Shown here: piece after piece, positions 1 through 13,257 of the stretch
How positions within the stretch are numbered: position 1 is the first letter of the stretch
Layout: every line of letters begins with the position of its first letter
Source: an uncultured Thermus sp.
GTDB taxonomy: Bacteria; Deinococcota; Deinococci; Deinococcales; Thermaceae
Assembly: GCA_947085095.1 (NCBI GenBank)
Contig: CAMTVD010000018.1
Location: forward strand, 59,074-123,073
DNA length: 64,000 nt
Direction of reading: 5' to 3'
Made by a program: the position numbers and the translations under genes
The notes under the pieces: generated by a model
Database searches by the model: none
Seen by the model: the letters and a program-made list of their open reading frames with translations, nothing else
What the model was told of the DNA's origin: nothing

Positions 1-169
1 GCTTTACCACCTGGTCCACCACAGCGCCCTGCCCACCCCCGAGGGCCGGGCCTTGCCCGACTGGGCCAGCCGGGAGGCGGACTACTTCGCCCTGAGCCAC
101 CCGGAGGTGCGCCGGGTCCTCTCTGAGTTCCACCCCCTCACCTGGAAAGAAGTCCGGGAGGCCTTATGA
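1..169 (+). CDS. 3' end of an upstream CDS, possibly YdjC/ChbG-family carbohydrate deacetylase (5'-partial)
   Basis: Frame from base 2 reads LYHLVHHSALPTPEGRALPDWASREADYFALSHPEVRRVLSEFHPLTWKEVREAL*; its TGA (167-169) overlaps the next ATG (ATGA). The R-x2-D/E..L..PEV...L.W tail resembles YdjC C-termini. Confidence 0.5.
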   Translation, partial: LYHLVHHSALPTPEGRALPDWASREADYFALSHPEVRRVLSEFHPLTWKEVREAL

Positions 170-1419
170 AGGCTTGGCGCTACGCCTCGGGGCAAATGGG
201 TCTCACCATAGTTTCGGAGAGCTTCGGCACCTATCTGGCCTTTTTCTATCTGGAAAAGCTCGGGTTGTCCGCCGCATTTTATGCCCTGGCGCGCAGCCTG
301 TACGCCATCTGGGACGCGGTGAACGACCCCCTCTTTGGCCACCTCTCCGACCGCACCAAGACCCCCTTAGGCCGCAGGCGGCCCTGGCTTCTTCTGGGCA
401 TTCCCCTCTTCCTCCTCTTCTACCTCCTGGTCTTCTGGGTGCCGGACTGGGCCAAAAGCCCGGGGGTGCTTCCCTATTACTTCCTCCTGGCCATCGTGCT
501 TTATGAAACCACGGCCACCGTGATCTGGACCAACTACGGCGCCCTTTTCCCGGAGATGTTCCGGAACCTCGCGCAAAGGGCCCAGGCCGCGGCCTTGAAG
601 CGGGGCACGGAGCTCTTTGGCCTCATTCTGGGCATCGCCCTGGCCCCGGTGATCTACGCCCAGTTTGGCTTTGCGGGCATGGCGCTTCTCTTTGCTGGAC
701 TGGCCCTTTTCGCCTTCCTGTTCTTCCTCTCGGGCGTGGAGGAGGACCCCAGGGCGGAAAGCGGGCTTGGACTTTTGCCCTCGTTCCGCCTGGTCTTCGC
801 TAACCGGGCCTTCTGGGTAGCGGCTTTGGTGGGTCTTCTCTTTGAGTTCGGGCGCACGGTGATCCAGACGGCCATGGCCTTCTACGCCAAGCACAGCCTG
901 GGCCTGCCCGAGGCGGCCACCACCCTCCTCTTCGCCGCCGTCTTCCTGGTGGCCCTGCCCTCGGTCTTCCTCTGGGGAAGGCTTTCCCAGGTTTTGGGGG
1001 GGAAGCGGGCCTGGCGGCTTGCCCACCTCCTCATGGGCTTGAGCGCCCTTCTTCTTTTCCTGCCCCAAAGCCTTCTCCCCGCCGTCCTGGTGGGGGCCTT
1101 GGTGGGGATGGGCTTCGCCGGGGTGCGGGTCACGGGGGAGGTGATCATGGCCAAGGTCATTGACCTGGACGCGGAGAAGACGGGCACCCGCAGGGAGGGG
1201 GCCTACTACAGCCTGGTGGGGCTTCTGGGGCGGGTCTCCGGGGCTTTGGTGGGCCTGGCCTTCGCCCTTCTGGGGCCCCTCTTTGGCTACGTGAGCGGGG
1301 AGAACCCGGGGCCCAACCCTGGCCTGGCCTTCCGCTTCCTCATCTCCGTGGTGCCGGGGGTGGCCATCCTGCTGGCCTTCCTCCTCACCGCCTTATTCCC
1401 CCACGAGGTGCGGGAATGA
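166..1419 (+). CDS. MFS glycoside-pentoside-hexuronide (MelB-like) sugar:cation symporter
   Basis: About 12 hydrophobic segments; GPH signature WDAVNDPLFGHLSDRTKTPLGRRRPW; C-terminal D..EKTGTRREGAYYS. Confidence 0.9.
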   Translation: MKAWRYASGQMGLTIVSESFGTYLAFFYLEKLGLSAAFYALARSLYAIWDAVNDPLFGHLSDRTKTPLGRRRPWLLLGIPLFLLFYLLVFWVPDWAKSPGVLPYYFLLAIVLYETTATVIWTNYGALFPEMFRNLAQRAQAAALKRGTELFGLILGIALAPVIYAQFGFAGMALLFAGLALFAFLFFLSGVEEDPRAESGLGLLPSFRLVFANRAFWVAALVGLLFEFGRTVIQTAMAFYAKHSLGLPEAATTLLFAAVFLVALPSVFLWGRLSQVLGGKRAWRLAHLLMGLSALLLFLPQSLLPAVLVGALVGMGFAGVRVTGEVIMAKVIDLDAEKTGTRREGAYYSLVGLLGRVSGALVGLAFALLGPLFGYVSGENPGPNPGLAFRFLISVVPGVAILLAFLLTALFPHEVRE

Positions 1420-3776
1420 AGTCTGAGCCCAGATTCCTGCAAAAGGCCCTGCTGGCCCTCCGCTTCCTGGGCCCGGAGGGGACCCGGCGGGCCCTTTTCT
1501 ACGCTCTTTTGCGGGACTACTGGAACCGCATGCAACCTGCGCCGCAGGGCCCCTGGCGTGGCGTGGGGCCGCCCCAGGCCATGGTGGCCATCCCCGGGGG
1601 AGGGCGCTTCCTCTTCCCCGAGGGGGAGCTGGAGGCAGTTTTCCTAGAGGGGGGGCTCCGCCTCACCTGGACCCCGGGCCGCCTCCCACCCCCTTACGCC
1701 ATAGAGAAAGCCCCTGCCCTCCTGGAGCCTGAACGGGAGGAGGGCGGGGGGCGCTTCGCCCTGGCGGCGGGGGGCGTCCGCCTCGAGGTGGGGCCGGAGG
1801 GCCTCCTCTTCCTGGACGAAGGGGGCCGGGTGTGGCGGCGGGAGGCCCTGCCCGAGCGCCAAGGGGAGGCCTGGCGGCACCGGGTGGACCTGGCCCCGGG
1901 GGAGCGGCTTTACGGTCTTGGGGCGGTGGCGGCCCCTCTGGACCGCCGGGGGCGGAGCTACCGCCTCTGGAACCGGGATGTGGGGGGGAGTTACGGCCCG
2001 GATGAGGGCCCCCTGTACCTCACCATCCCCTCGCTCCTTTCCCGCAAGCCTGGGGGCGGGTACCTGGTCTTCTACGAGAACCCCCACGAGGCCTTTTTGG
2101 ACCTGAGCGGCGATGTGGGCCTGGTGGCCTTTTCCGGCGGGGCTCTGAGGTACTACCTCTTTCCCGGGGGGCCCAAGGAGGCCCTGGCCGCCTACACTGC
2201 CCTCACGGGCAGGCCGCCCCTCCCGCCCCGCTTTGCCTTGGGCCTCCACTTCGCCCGCTGGGGGCTTAGGACGGAGGAGGAGGCGCGGGAGGTGGTGGAG
2301 GGGTTTTTCGCCCACGACCTCCCCCTCTCCGCCCTGCACCTGGACATAGACTACATGGACGGCTACCGGGTCTTCACCGTGGACCGGAGGCGTTTCCCCC
2401 ATCTGGAGGGGCTGGTGCGGGACCTGGAGGGGCGGGGGGTGCGCACGGTCCTCATCCTGGACCCCGGGGTCAAGGCCGAGGCGGGCTTTCCCCCCTTTGA
2501 GGCGGGCCTGAAGGAGGGGGTCTTCTGCACCCTTCCCGGGGGCCGCCTCCTGAAGGCCCCGGTGTGGCCGGGGTGGTGCGCCTTCCCCGACTTCACCAGC
2601 CCCAAGGCCCGGGCCTGGTGGGGCGAGCGGTGCGGGGAGCTCCTCGCCCTGGGCGTTCACGGCTTCTGGCTGGACATGAACGAGCCCGCCGCCTTCGCCG
2701 CCTGGGGGGACCCCACCCTTCCGGGCCCCACCCGGCACGCCCTCGAGGGCCAGGAGGGGGACCACCGCGAGGCCCACAACCTCTACGGCCTCCTCATGGC
2801 CCGGGCCACCCACGAGGCCCTGCGGGCGCGGGGCGTGGCCCGCCCCTTCCTCTTCTCCCGCTCCGGCTTTGCGGGCCTGGCCCGCTACGCCTGGAACTGG
2901 ACGGGGGACGTGGAGAGCAGCTGGGAGGCCCTTCGGCGCACGGTGGGCATCGTCCTGGGGCTTGGGCTTTCCGGGGTGCCCTACACGGGCTCGGACATCG
3001 GGGGCTTCAGCGGCCACCCCTCCCCGGAGCTTTTCCTTCGCTGGTTCCAGGCCGCGGCCTTCATGCCCTTCTTCCGCCTCCACTCCGCCATCTCCACCCC
3101 CAGGCGGGAGCCCTGGCGCTTCGGCGAGCCCGTGGTTTCCGTTCTCCGAAACTTTTTGCGGCTCCGCCACGCCCTCATCCCCTACCTCTACACCCTGGCC
3201 TGGGAGGCCCGGGAGAAGGGCTATCCCCTGGTCCGCCCCCTCTTCTTCTTGGACCCGGAAAGGGAAGCGGAGGACGCCTTTCTCCTGGGGGAGGACCTTT
3301 TGGTGGCCCCGGTGGTGGAGGAAGGGGCCCGCCACCGCCTGGTGCCCCTGCCCAAGGGTCTCTGGTACGAGTTCTGGAGCGACCGGCTGGTGGAGGGGCC
3401 CGGGGAGGTATGGGCCGAGGCGCCCCTAGAGCGCATCCCCATCTTTGTGCGGGCGGGCGCCGCCTTGCCCCTGGTGGAGGGGGAGGGCCTGGTCCTCCAC
3501 CTCTACCCGGGGCCTGAGGGCCGGGCCGAAGGAAGCCTCTACTGGGACGAGGGGGATGGGGAGGGGCCCTCCCGGCTGGACCGCTTCCTCCTGGAGGGGG
3601 GGCGGCTCCTGTGGCAGGGGGAGGGGGATTACCCCTGGCCCTGGGAGGGGCTAGGGCTTCGCCTGCACGGGGCTGGGCTCAAGGGGGGAAGGGTGGGGGA
3701 TGCGGTCTACCCCGCCGAGGAGGGGGTTCTCTGGCTTCCCCCCTTCCGCGAGGTCCTTTTGGAGGTGGAGGGATGA
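1416..3776 (+). CDS. Glycoside hydrolase family 31, alpha-glucosidase-like
   Basis: GH31 motifs HLDIDYMDG, nucleophile region WLDMNEP, WTGD, GSDIGGF, PFFRLHS. Confidence 0.9.
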   Translation: MKSEPRFLQKALLALRFLGPEGTRRALFYALLRDYWNRMQPAPQGPWRGVGPPQAMVAIPGGGRFLFPEGELEAVFLEGGLRLTWTPGRLPPPYAIEKAPALLEPEREEGGGRFALAAGGVRLEVGPEGLLFLDEGGRVWRREALPERQGEAWRHRVDLAPGERLYGLGAVAAPLDRRGRSYRLWNRDVGGSYGPDEGPLYLTIPSLLSRKPGGGYLVFYENPHEAFLDLSGDVGLVAFSGGALRYYLFPGGPKEALAAYTALTGRPPLPPRFALGLHFARWGLRTEEEAREVVEGFFAHDLPLSALHLDIDYMDGYRVFTVDRRRFPHLEGLVRDLEGRGVRTVLILDPGVKAEAGFPPFEAGLKEGVFCTLPGGRLLKAPVWPGWCAFPDFTSPKARAWWGERCGELLALGVHGFWLDMNEPAAFAAWGDPTLPGPTRHALEGQEGDHREAHNLYGLLMARATHEALRARGVARPFLFSRSGFAGLARYAWNWTGDVESSWEALRRTVGIVLGLGLSGVPYTGSDIGGFSGHPSPELFLRWFQAAAFMPFFRLHSAISTPRREPWRFGEPVVSVLRNFLRLRHALIPYLYTLAWEAREKGYPLVRPLFFLDPEREAEDAFLLGEDLLVAPVVEEGARHRLVPLPKGLWYEFWSDRLVEGPGEVWAEAPLERIPIFVRAGAALPLVEGEGLVLHLYPGPEGRAEGSLYWDEGDGEGPSRLDRFLLEGGRLLWQGEGDYPWPWEGLGLRLHGAGLKGGRVGDAVYPAEEGVLWLPPFREVLLEVEG

Positions 3777-5821
3777 AGCTGGAAAAGGCGCTTTTTCTGG
3801 CCCATCCGGCCCAGGACCCCCGGGGGCTTCCCGGGGAGGGGTGGAAGGAGGTGGCCTTGCCCCACCAGTGGAGCCTCGAGGGCCTGGAGGCCGAGGTGGG
3901 CTGGTACCGCCTCCAGGTGCCCGAGGTGGGGCCAAGGCGCTTCCTGCGCCTTTGGGGGGATTACTACCAGGAGGCCTGGCTGGACGGGGCTTACCTGGGG
4001 CGGCACGAGGGGTACTTCTTCCCCTGGCTTTTGGAGCTTCCCCCGGGGCGGGAGCTTCTCCTAAGGGTCTCGGCCCCCAGGGAGCCCTTGGACCGGTGGC
4101 CCAGGTTCAAGCGGCAGATCAAGGGGGTCTTGGGCCAGCACGACTGCCGCCCTGGGGGGAACACGGAAAGGGGGCAGGAGCGGGGCACCGGGGGGCTTTG
4201 GGGCGGGGTGGAGGTCTGGCCCCGGCAGGAGGTGGCCCTCCTGGCCCTCACCCACCGCGCCCACCGGACCCCCACGGGCTGGCGGCTTCTGGTCCGGCTC
4301 TTGGTGGACGCTCCCCGGGCCTTTCAGGAGGAGGTTTGGCTTCGCCTCCTTCCGGAAAACTTCCCCGGGGAGGCCCGGGAGAAGCGGGGGGAGGTCCTTG
4401 GGGAGGGGGGCCGCTCCTGGCTTGAGGTGGTGTGGGACCTGCCGGAGATGCCCCTTTGGGAGGTGTGGGAGCGGGGCTTCCCCCACCTCTTCCGCCTCGA
4501 GGCGGAGCTCATGGGGGCCAGGCTTTCCGCCCCCCTGGGCTTCCGCACCCTGGGGCTGGATGGGGAGGGCTGGCTCCTTCTGAACGGGAACCGCCTCTTC
4601 CTCCGGGGCACCAACATCATCCCCACCCAGTGGCTTTCGGGCTACGGGGAGGAGCTGGCCCAAAGGGACGTGGCCCTCGTCAAGGAGGCCCACCTGAACG
4701 CGGTGCGGGTCCACGCCCACGTGGCCCACCCCGCCTTTTACCGGGCCTGCGACCGGGAGGGGGTTCTGGTCTGGCAGGACTTCCCCTTGCAGTGGGGCTA
4801 CGCCCCCGACGAGGCCTTCGCCAGGGAGGCCCTGCGCCAGGCCCGGGCCATGGTGGACCTTTTGGGGGCCCACCCCGCCATCTACCTCTGGTGCGCCCAG
4901 AACGAGCCCACCCACAACCGCCACACCCTGGGCCCCCTCCTCCTTACGGCCCTGAAGGAGGCCGACCCCACCCGCCCCGTGAAGGAGGCCTCGGACTTCC
5001 GGGAGCACCCCTATCCCGGCTGGTACTATGGGCACCACCGGGACTTCCTGGCCCTCCCCGGGGCCCCCCTGCCCTCGGAGTTCGGGGCCCAGGCCCTGCC
5101 CCGGGCGGAGCTTCTCAGGCGGGTCCTGGGGGAGGCCGCCTGGCCGCCTCGGTGGGAGGTCTGGGCCTACCACAACTTCCAGCCCCACGAGACCTTCCGG
5201 GTGGCGGGGGTGGAGGTGGGGGAGAGCCTCGAGGCCTTCGTGGAAAGCTCCCAGGCCTACCAGGCGAAGCTCCTCACCTTCGCCATCCACGCCTACCGCC
5301 GGGCCAAGGGCAAGGTGGTGGGTTACTTCCAGTTCATGTTCGTGGAGCCCTGGGAGGGGATTACCTGGGCGGTCTTGGACGTGGAGCGGGTCCCCAAGAA
5401 GGGGTTTTACGCCCTGAAGGAGGCCAGCAGCCCGGTCCTCCTCTCCCTGGTGCCCTTCCGCGAGCGGCTGGAGGTGGGCGGCCCGCCCCTCATGGAGGCC
5501 TGGCTGGTGAACGACCTGCCCCGGCCCCTAAGGCTTCGGGTGCGCCTTTGGCTGGAGGGGGAGGCGGGGCTGGACCTCTGGCAGGGGGAGATGGACCTGG
5601 GGGCGGGGGAGGCGCGGTGCTTCTTCCACCTCATGGAGGCCTGGGAGGCTCCCCTGGAGGCCCAGGCCGCCTTGGCTCCCTTGCAGGAGGCCCTGAGGGG
5701 CCTTCCTCCCGGGGAGTACCGCCTGGTGGGGGAGGCCTGGGAGGGGGAGAGGCTTTGGTCCCGGCACCAGGTGGCCCTCACTTACCTGCCCCCCCTCCTG
5801 CCCCCGGGGGTGGCCTGGTAG
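3773..5821 (+). CDS. Glycoside hydrolase family 2 (beta-galactosidase/beta-mannosidase-like)
   Basis: ATG at 3773 overlaps the GH31 stop, with GGAGG upstream; HEGYFFP, LRGTN, NAVRVHAH, acid/base WCAQNEP, nucleophile PSEFG. Confidence 0.85.
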   Translation: MKLEKALFLAHPAQDPRGLPGEGWKEVALPHQWSLEGLEAEVGWYRLQVPEVGPRRFLRLWGDYYQEAWLDGAYLGRHEGYFFPWLLELPPGRELLLRVSAPREPLDRWPRFKRQIKGVLGQHDCRPGGNTERGQERGTGGLWGGVEVWPRQEVALLALTHRAHRTPTGWRLLVRLLVDAPRAFQEEVWLRLLPENFPGEAREKRGEVLGEGGRSWLEVVWDLPEMPLWEVWERGFPHLFRLEAELMGARLSAPLGFRTLGLDGEGWLLLNGNRLFLRGTNIIPTQWLSGYGEELAQRDVALVKEAHLNAVRVHAHVAHPAFYRACDREGVLVWQDFPLQWGYAPDEAFAREALRQARAMVDLLGAHPAIYLWCAQNEPTHNRHTLGPLLLTALKEADPTRPVKEASDFREHPYPGWYYGHHRDFLALPGAPLPSEFGAQALPRAELLRRVLGEAAWPPRWEVWAYHNFQPHETFRVAGVEVGESLEAFVESSQAYQAKLLTFAIHAYRRAKGKVVGYFQFMFVEPWEGITWAVLDVERVPKKGFYALKEASSPVLLSLVPFRERLEVGGPPLMEAWLVNDLPRPLRLRVRLWLEGEAGLDLWQGEMDLGAGEARCFFHLMEAWEAPLEAQAALAPLQEALRGLPPGEYRLVGEAWEGERLWSRHQVALTYLPPLLPPGVAW

Positions 5822-5863
5822 CCTGGGGCGTGGACCGGGCCCGGAGCCCATAAAGGGGAAAGA

Positions 5864-7294
5864 ATGCGGGCGAAGCTGGGCGATGTGGAGCTGGCCCTCG
5901 AGGCGGAATCCCTGGAGAGGGTAGAAGGGGGAATCCGCCTTCTGGGAAAGGAGGTGCGGGTTTACCCCCCTTTCCAGGCCCGGACCTTCTTCCGCCACGG
6001 CTGGCAGAGCTGGAGCCTTACCGCCTGGGTGGACCTGAAGGAGGCCAAAAGGCCCCTCCTTCCCAAGGAACGGCGGCCCCAGGCGGACGACCCCTTCCTC
6101 CTGGAGTCCTCGGCCTGGTGGGGAAGCGGGGTGGGGGCCCTGAAGGGACCGGACGGGAAGGTGCTCCTCTTGGGCGCCCTGGGCGTGGGGGCCCGGGTGC
6201 GGGGGGAGGAGGGCCTCCTCCTGGGCCGCTACGCGGAGGGGGAGGGGGAGTGGTTTCTGGCTTACAGCGAGGAAGCGGAGGTTTTCGCCGCCTACAGCAG
6301 GCTTCTCCCAGGGAGGCTATCCGGGAGGCCCCCCAGGGTCTGGTGCTCCTGGTACAGCTTCTTCACGGGGATCAGCGAGGCCCTTCTCCTTTCCGTCCTG
6401 GAGGAGATACGGGGCTACCCCTTTGAGGTCTTTCAGGTGGACGACGGCTGGCAGAGGGCCTTAGGGGACTGGGAGCCCAACGAGAGGTTCCCCCGGGGCA
6501 TGGCCTTTTTGGCGGAGGCCATCCGGGAGAGGGGCCTGAGGCCCGGGCTGTGGCTCGCCCCCTTCCTGGTGACGGTGGAAAGCTCCCTTTACCGGGGCCA
6601 TCCAGACTGGGTGTTGCGGGACGGGGAAGGCAGGCCCATCCCTGCGGGCTTCAACTGGGGTAAGCCCCTTTTCGCCCTGGATTCCGGTAAGGAGGAGGTG
6701 GTGGACTTCGCGGTGGACCTGGTGCACAAGGCCCTCGCCTGGGGGTACGACTACCTCAAGCTGGACTTCCTCTACGCCGCCGCCCTCCCCGGGGCCGAGG
6801 GGGAGGGGCGGTACCGGGAGGCTTTGGGGCGGATCCGCCAGGCGGCGGGAGCAGCCTACCTCCTTTTCTGCGGGGCCCCGGTCTTCGCCTCCTTGGGCCT
6901 GGCCGACGGCCTCAGGGTGGGGCCCGACGCGGCCCCCTACTGGGACAACGAGGACCGGACCCTCTGGCTTTCCGACCCCACGGGGCCGGGGCTCAGGAAC
7001 GCCCTCCGCACCAGCCTCAACCGGCTTTGGCTCGGGGAAAATGTCCATGTGGATCCCGATGTGGTCTACTTCCGCACCCGCTTCAACCTGCTCCGCCCAG
7101 AGGAGATGCGCCTGCAGGAGGGCCTGGCCCACCTTACCGGGTTCAAGGCCACCTCGGACCCTCCCTCCTGGCTTCTGCCCGAGGAAAAGGAACGCCTTCG
7201 GGCCTTTCTTTCCCAGGAGGTGCCCGTGCGCCGTCTGGGCCCCTACCAGCTTCAGGTGGGGGAGGAGGTTCTGGACTATGCCCTCGTTCTATAA
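5864..7294 (+). CDS. Alpha-galactosidase, GH36 (Thermus/Thermotoga type)
   Basis: WCSWY, FQVDDGW, GLWLAPF, YLKLDFLY, RVGPD motifs. Confidence 0.88.
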   Translation: MRAKLGDVELALEAESLERVEGGIRLLGKEVRVYPPFQARTFFRHGWQSWSLTAWVDLKEAKRPLLPKERRPQADDPFLLESSAWWGSGVGALKGPDGKVLLLGALGVGARVRGEEGLLLGRYAEGEGEWFLAYSEEAEVFAAYSRLLPGRLSGRPPRVWCSWYSFFTGISEALLLSVLEEIRGYPFEVFQVDDGWQRALGDWEPNERFPRGMAFLAEAIRERGLRPGLWLAPFLVTVESSLYRGHPDWVLRDGEGRPIPAGFNWGKPLFALDSGKEEVVDFAVDLVHKALAWGYDYLKLDFLYAAALPGAEGEGRYREALGRIRQAAGAAYLLFCGAPVFASLGLADGLRVGPDAAPYWDNEDRTLWLSDPTGPGLRNALRTSLNRLWLGENVHVDPDVVYFRTRFNLLRPEEMRLQEGLAHLTGFKATSDPPSWLLPEEKERLRAFLSQEVPVRRLGPYQLQVGEEVLDYALVL

Positions 7295-8324
7295 GCGCTA
7301 CCACCGCAAGGCCGACGGGCGGGAGCTGATCCTCTATGGCCATAGCCCCCTCACAGCAGAACCCCTCCCTGAGCCCGAGGAGGCCTTCCGGCCCGCCCCC
7401 CACCTCCGCCACCACCCCTTGCGGGGGGAGTGGGTGGTCTACGCCGCCCACCGCCAGGAGCGCACCTTTTTGCCCCCCAGGGAGCACTGCCCCCTTTGCC
7501 CCAGCCGGGAAGGGGGCTTTCCCACGGAGATTCCCTTTCCCCGCTTCCAGGTGGCGGTTTTTGAGAACCGCTTTCCCTCCCTGGTGCCAGGCCCCCCCTC
7601 TCCCCCCGAGGGCCTGCCGGTGGCCGTGGGGGAGGCTTTGGGGCGGTGCGAGGTGGTGGTCTACACGGAGGCCCACACCGGGAGCCTGGCCTCCCTCTCT
7701 GAGGAGGAAAGGCTTCTCCTCGCCTGGGTGTGGCGGGAGCGCTACCAGGCCCTCTACGCCTTGGAGGGGGTGCGCTTCGTCATGCCCTTTGAGAACCGGG
7801 GGGAGGCGGTGGGGGTTACCCTCCACCATCCCCACGGGCAGATCTACGCCTATCCCTTCGTGCCCCCCGTCCTGGAGCGGGAGAGCCAGGCCTTCCGGGA
7901 GAAGGCGGTTCTGCTAGAGCTTTTCCCCCACCTGGGCCCTTACGCCGTGGACCAGGAGGAGGGTTTCTTGGCCTTCGTGCCCCCCTTTGCCCGCTACCCC
8001 TTTGAGGTCTGGGTGGCCCCAAAGGAGCGCCACCCCGGCCCCTGGACCTTCGGCGAGGGGGAGATGGCCGCCTTCGCCCGGCTTTTGGGCCGGGTGGTGG
8101 CCCGCTACGATGCCCTCTACGGGGAGCCTTTCCCCTACGTCATGGTCTTCCACGCCGCCCCCTTGGGGGAGGAGGGCACCTTCCACTTCCACGTGGAGTT
8201 CTACCCACCAAGGCGCACCAGGGACAAGCTGAAGTTTTTGGCGGGGACGGAGCTTGGGGCGGGCACCTTCGTGGTGGACGCGCTTCCAGAGGACACGGCG
8301 CGAATCTTACGGGAGGCGTTATGA
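7278..8324 (+). CDS. galT: Galactose-1-phosphate uridylyltransferase
   Basis: [25 protein letters not shown], catalytic HPHGQ; start trimmed to MPSFYKRY (ATG 7278, GGAGG upstream). Confidence 0.92.
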   Translation: MPSFYKRYHRKADGRELILYGHSPLTAEPLPEPEEAFRPAPHLRHHPLRGEWVVYAAHRQERTFLPPREHCPLCPSREGGFPTEIPFPRFQVAVFENRFPSLVPGPPSPPEGLPVAVGEALGRCEVVVYTEAHTGSLASLSEEERLLLAWVWRERYQALYALEGVRFVMPFENRGEAVGVTLHHPHGQIYAYPFVPPVLERESQAFREKAVLLELFPHLGPYAVDQEEGFLAFVPPFARYPFEVWVAPKERHPGPWTFGEGEMAAFARLLGRVVARYDALYGEPFPYVMVFHAAPLGEEGTFHFHVEFYPPRRTRDKLKFLAGTELGAGTFVVDALPEDTARILREAL

Positions 8325-9811
8325 AATACTTGCTGGCCTTAGACCAGGGGACCACCTCCAGCCGGGCCATCCTCTTCACCCTGGGGGGCGAGGTGGTGGC
8401 CGTGGCCCGGCGGGCCTTCCGGCAGCTTTACCCGGAGCCGGGCCTGGTGGAGCACGACCCCAAGGAGATCTGGGAGACCCAGTTATGGGCGGCCCAGGAG
8501 GCTTTGCGCCAGGCGGGGGCGGACCCCAAGGAAGTGGTGGCCCTGGGGATCACCAACCAGCGGGAGACCACCCTGGTGTGGGACCGGACCACGGGCGAAC
8601 CCTTCCACCACGCCCTCGTCTGGCAGGATAGGCGCACCGCTTCCCTGTGCGAGGCCTTTAGGGAGAAGGGCCTGGAGCCCCTCTTCCGGGAGCGCACGGG
8701 CCTCCTCCTGGACCCCTACTTCTCGGGAACCAAGCTCCTGTGGCTTCTGGAGAATGTGCCCGGGCTTAGGGCGAAGGCGGAGAGGGGGGAGGCCCTCTTC
8801 GGCACCGTGGACACCTGGCTCCTCTGGAACCTCACCGGGGGTAGGGTCCACGCCACCGACCCCACGAACGCCAGCCGTACCCTGCTCTTCAACCTGCACA
8901 CCCTGTCTTGGGACGAGGAGCTGCTGGACCTTCTGGGGATTCCTGGGGCCATGCTCCCCGAGGTGCGTCCCTCGGACGGGGACTTCGGGGAGGCCCTGCC
9001 GGAGCTTCTTGGGGCCCCCATCCCCATCCGGGGGGTTCTCGGGGACCAGCAGGCGGCCCTCTTCGGCCAGGCGGCCCTCTTGGCGGGGGAGGGAAAGTGC
9101 ACCTACGGCACCGGGGCCTTCCTCCTCCTGAACACGGGGGGGCGCCCGGTCTTCTCCCAGAAGGGCCTCCTCACCACCGTGGCCTGGAGCCTGGGCGGGA
9201 AGGCCACCTACGCCCTGGAGGGAAGCGTCTTCGTGGCCGGGGCGGCCATCCAGTGGCTCAAGGAGGTGGGCCTCATCGGGGAAAGCCGGGAGGTGGAGGC
9301 CCTGGCGGGGAGCGTGGCGGATAACGGCGGCGTCTACCTGGTCCCCGCCTTCGCCGGCCTGGGGGCCCCCTACTGGGACCCCTACGCCCGGGGGGCCATC
9401 CTGGGCCTCACCCGGGGGACCACCAGGGCCCACCTGGCCCGGGCGGCCCTGGAGGGAGTGGCCTTCCTGGTGGCGGACGTGGCGGAGGCCATGGCGGAGG
9501 AGGCCCGCCTCCCCCTCCAGGAGCTCAAAGTGGACGGGGGCATGGCGGAAAACGACCTCTTCCTCCAGATCCAGGCGGATCTCCTGGGGAGGGCGGTGGC
9601 CCGGCCCCGGGTGACGGAGACCACGGCCCTGGGAGCGGCCCTGATGGCGGGGGTGGGGGCGGGGGTCCTGGACCTGGAGGGGGTGCGAGGGGTCTGGAAC
9701 CTGGAGGCCCGCTTTGCTCCCGGGATGCCCGGGGACCGCCGCCAGGCCCTCTTGCGGGGGTGGCGGCGGGCGGTGGAACGGGCTATGGGCTTCGCCAGGG
9801 AGGAAACGTGA
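8321..9811 (+). CDS. glpK: Glycerol kinase
   Basis: [60 protein letters not shown]. Confidence 0.96.
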   Translation: MKYLLALDQGTTSSRAILFTLGGEVVAVARRAFRQLYPEPGLVEHDPKEIWETQLWAAQEALRQAGADPKEVVALGITNQRETTLVWDRTTGEPFHHALVWQDRRTASLCEAFREKGLEPLFRERTGLLLDPYFSGTKLLWLLENVPGLRAKAERGEALFGTVDTWLLWNLTGGRVHATDPTNASRTLLFNLHTLSWDEELLDLLGIPGAMLPEVRPSDGDFGEALPELLGAPIPIRGVLGDQQAALFGQAALLAGEGKCTYGTGAFLLLNTGGRPVFSQKGLLTTVAWSLGGKATYALEGSVFVAGAAIQWLKEVGLIGESREVEALAGSVADNGGVYLVPAFAGLGAPYWDPYARGAILGLTRGTTRAHLARAALEGVAFLVADVAEAMAEEARLPLQELKVDGGMAENDLFLQIQADLLGRAVARPRVTETTALGAALMAGVGAGVLDLEGVRGVWNLEARFAPGMPGDRRQALLRGWRRAVERAMGFAREET

Positions 9812-11339
9812 TGGACCGGGAAGCCCTCTGGGCAAGGCTCAAGGAGCCCTTTGACCTCCTCATCCTCGGCGGGGGGGCCACGGGGGCCGGGGTGCTTTGG
9901 GAGGCCACCTTAAGGGGGCTCAAGGCGGCCTTGGTGGAGGCGGGAGACTTTGCCTCAGGGACGAGCTCCCGGAGCACCAAGCTCCTCCACGGGGGGGTGC
10001 GCTACTTGGAGCTGGCGGTGAAGCGCCTGGACCGCCGCCAGTTCAAGCTGGTGCGGGAGGCCTTGGCGGAGCGCAAGGTGGTTCTGGACCTTGCCCCCCA
10101 CCTGGCCCGGCCCCTCACCCTCATCACCCCCCTCTTCCGCCCGCTGGAGATCCCCTACTACTGGGCGGGCCTCAAGCTCTACGACCTCCTGGCGGGGAAG
10201 AGGTGCCTCGGCCCTAGCCGCTACCTTCCCCCGGAGGCGGTGCGGGACCTCTTCCCCGACCTGCCCAGGACCCTGGGGGGCGTGGCCTACCAGGACGGCC
10301 AGTTTGAGGACTTCCGCCTGAACCTGGCCTTGGTCCTCTCCGCCCTGGACCGGGGGGCGGTGGCCCTGAACCACGCCGAGGCCAAGGCCCTTCTCCTGGA
10401 GGGGGGCCAGGTGCGGGGGGCGGTGGTGGAGGACCGCCTCACGGGAAAGGAGGTGGAGGTCCACGCCAAGGCGGTGGTGAACGCCACCGGCCCTCTGGCC
10501 GACGGGGTGCGCCGCCTTTTGGACCCCCACCTCCCCCCCCTCCTCACCCCCTCCAGCGGGGCCCACCTGGTCCTGGACTACCCCCTGAAGGCGGGCCTCC
10601 TCATCCCCAGGACCCAAGACGGCCGGGTCCTCTTCCTCCTGCCCTACCGGGGAATGGCCCTCCTGGGCACCACGGACCTCCCCGCCGAGCCCGGGCCCTG
10701 CCCCCTTCCCCGGGAGGAGGAGGTGGCCTACCTCCTTCAGGAGATCCGCCCCTACCTGGGGGACCTCGCCTCCCGGGTGCGGGCCTCCTGGTCGGGCCTG
10801 AGGCCCCTGGTGGGGAAGGGGGAGACCAGGCTTTTGGTGCGGGACCACTACATAGAGGCCAGGCAGGGGCTCTACACCCTGGTGGGGGGGAAGTGGACCA
10901 CCTTCCGCCTCATGGCCCTGGACCTGGTGGAGCGGGTGGCCCGGGACCTGGGCCTTTTCCTACCCCCTTCCGCCTCCCACACCACTCCCCTCCTGGGGGC
11001 GGGCCCCCGGCCTCCCCTGGACCTTTCCGGGGAGGTGGCCCAGCACCTCTACGCCACCTACGGGGCCCTGGCCCTCGAGGTGGCCTCCCTGGGGGATAGG
11101 CCCCTCCTCCCGGGGCTTCCCTACCTGGAGGGGGAGGTGCGTTGGGGGGTACGGCACGAGCTGGCCCAAAAACCCCTGGACATCCTGGCCCGGAGGATGG
11201 GGCTAGCCTTCCTGGACCGGGAGAAGGCCCTTCTGGCCCTGCCCCGGGTGGTGGAGCTCATGGCCCCCCTCCTGGGCTGGAACGAGGGGCGGAAGGCGGC
11301 GGAGCTGGAGGAGGCCAGGAGGGCCCTCCCTGGGCTTTG

Positions 11340-11343
<4 letters not shown>
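9811..11343 (+). CDS. glpD: FAD-dependent glycerol-3-phosphate dehydrogenase
   Basis: [43 protein letters not shown]; start overlaps the glpK stop (GTGATG). Confidence 0.93.
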
Positions 11344-13184
<1,841 letters not shown>

Positions 13185-13257
13185 CGTCTACCTCCCTTGT
13201 CCTATGGTAGCGCCTTCCCGGTGAGAGGACTGAGGGGTGTGGTATCCTTTAGCGGCG

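Noticed and set aside
1644..3335. Long antisense and alternative-frame ORFs (e.g. 1644-3335, 8483-9835, 11442-12899, 36008-37501, 49457-51097, 53885-55705, 59048-60937)
   Set aside because: Shadows of real genes caused by high GC at third codon positions; no family motifs, and they fully overlap well-supported CDSs.
1416..3776. GH31 as a sulfoquinovosidase (YihQ)
   Set aside because: The nucleophile region is WLDMNEP (alpha-glucosidase type), not the WMADFGE type of sulfoquinovosidases, and no sulfoglycolysis genes are present.
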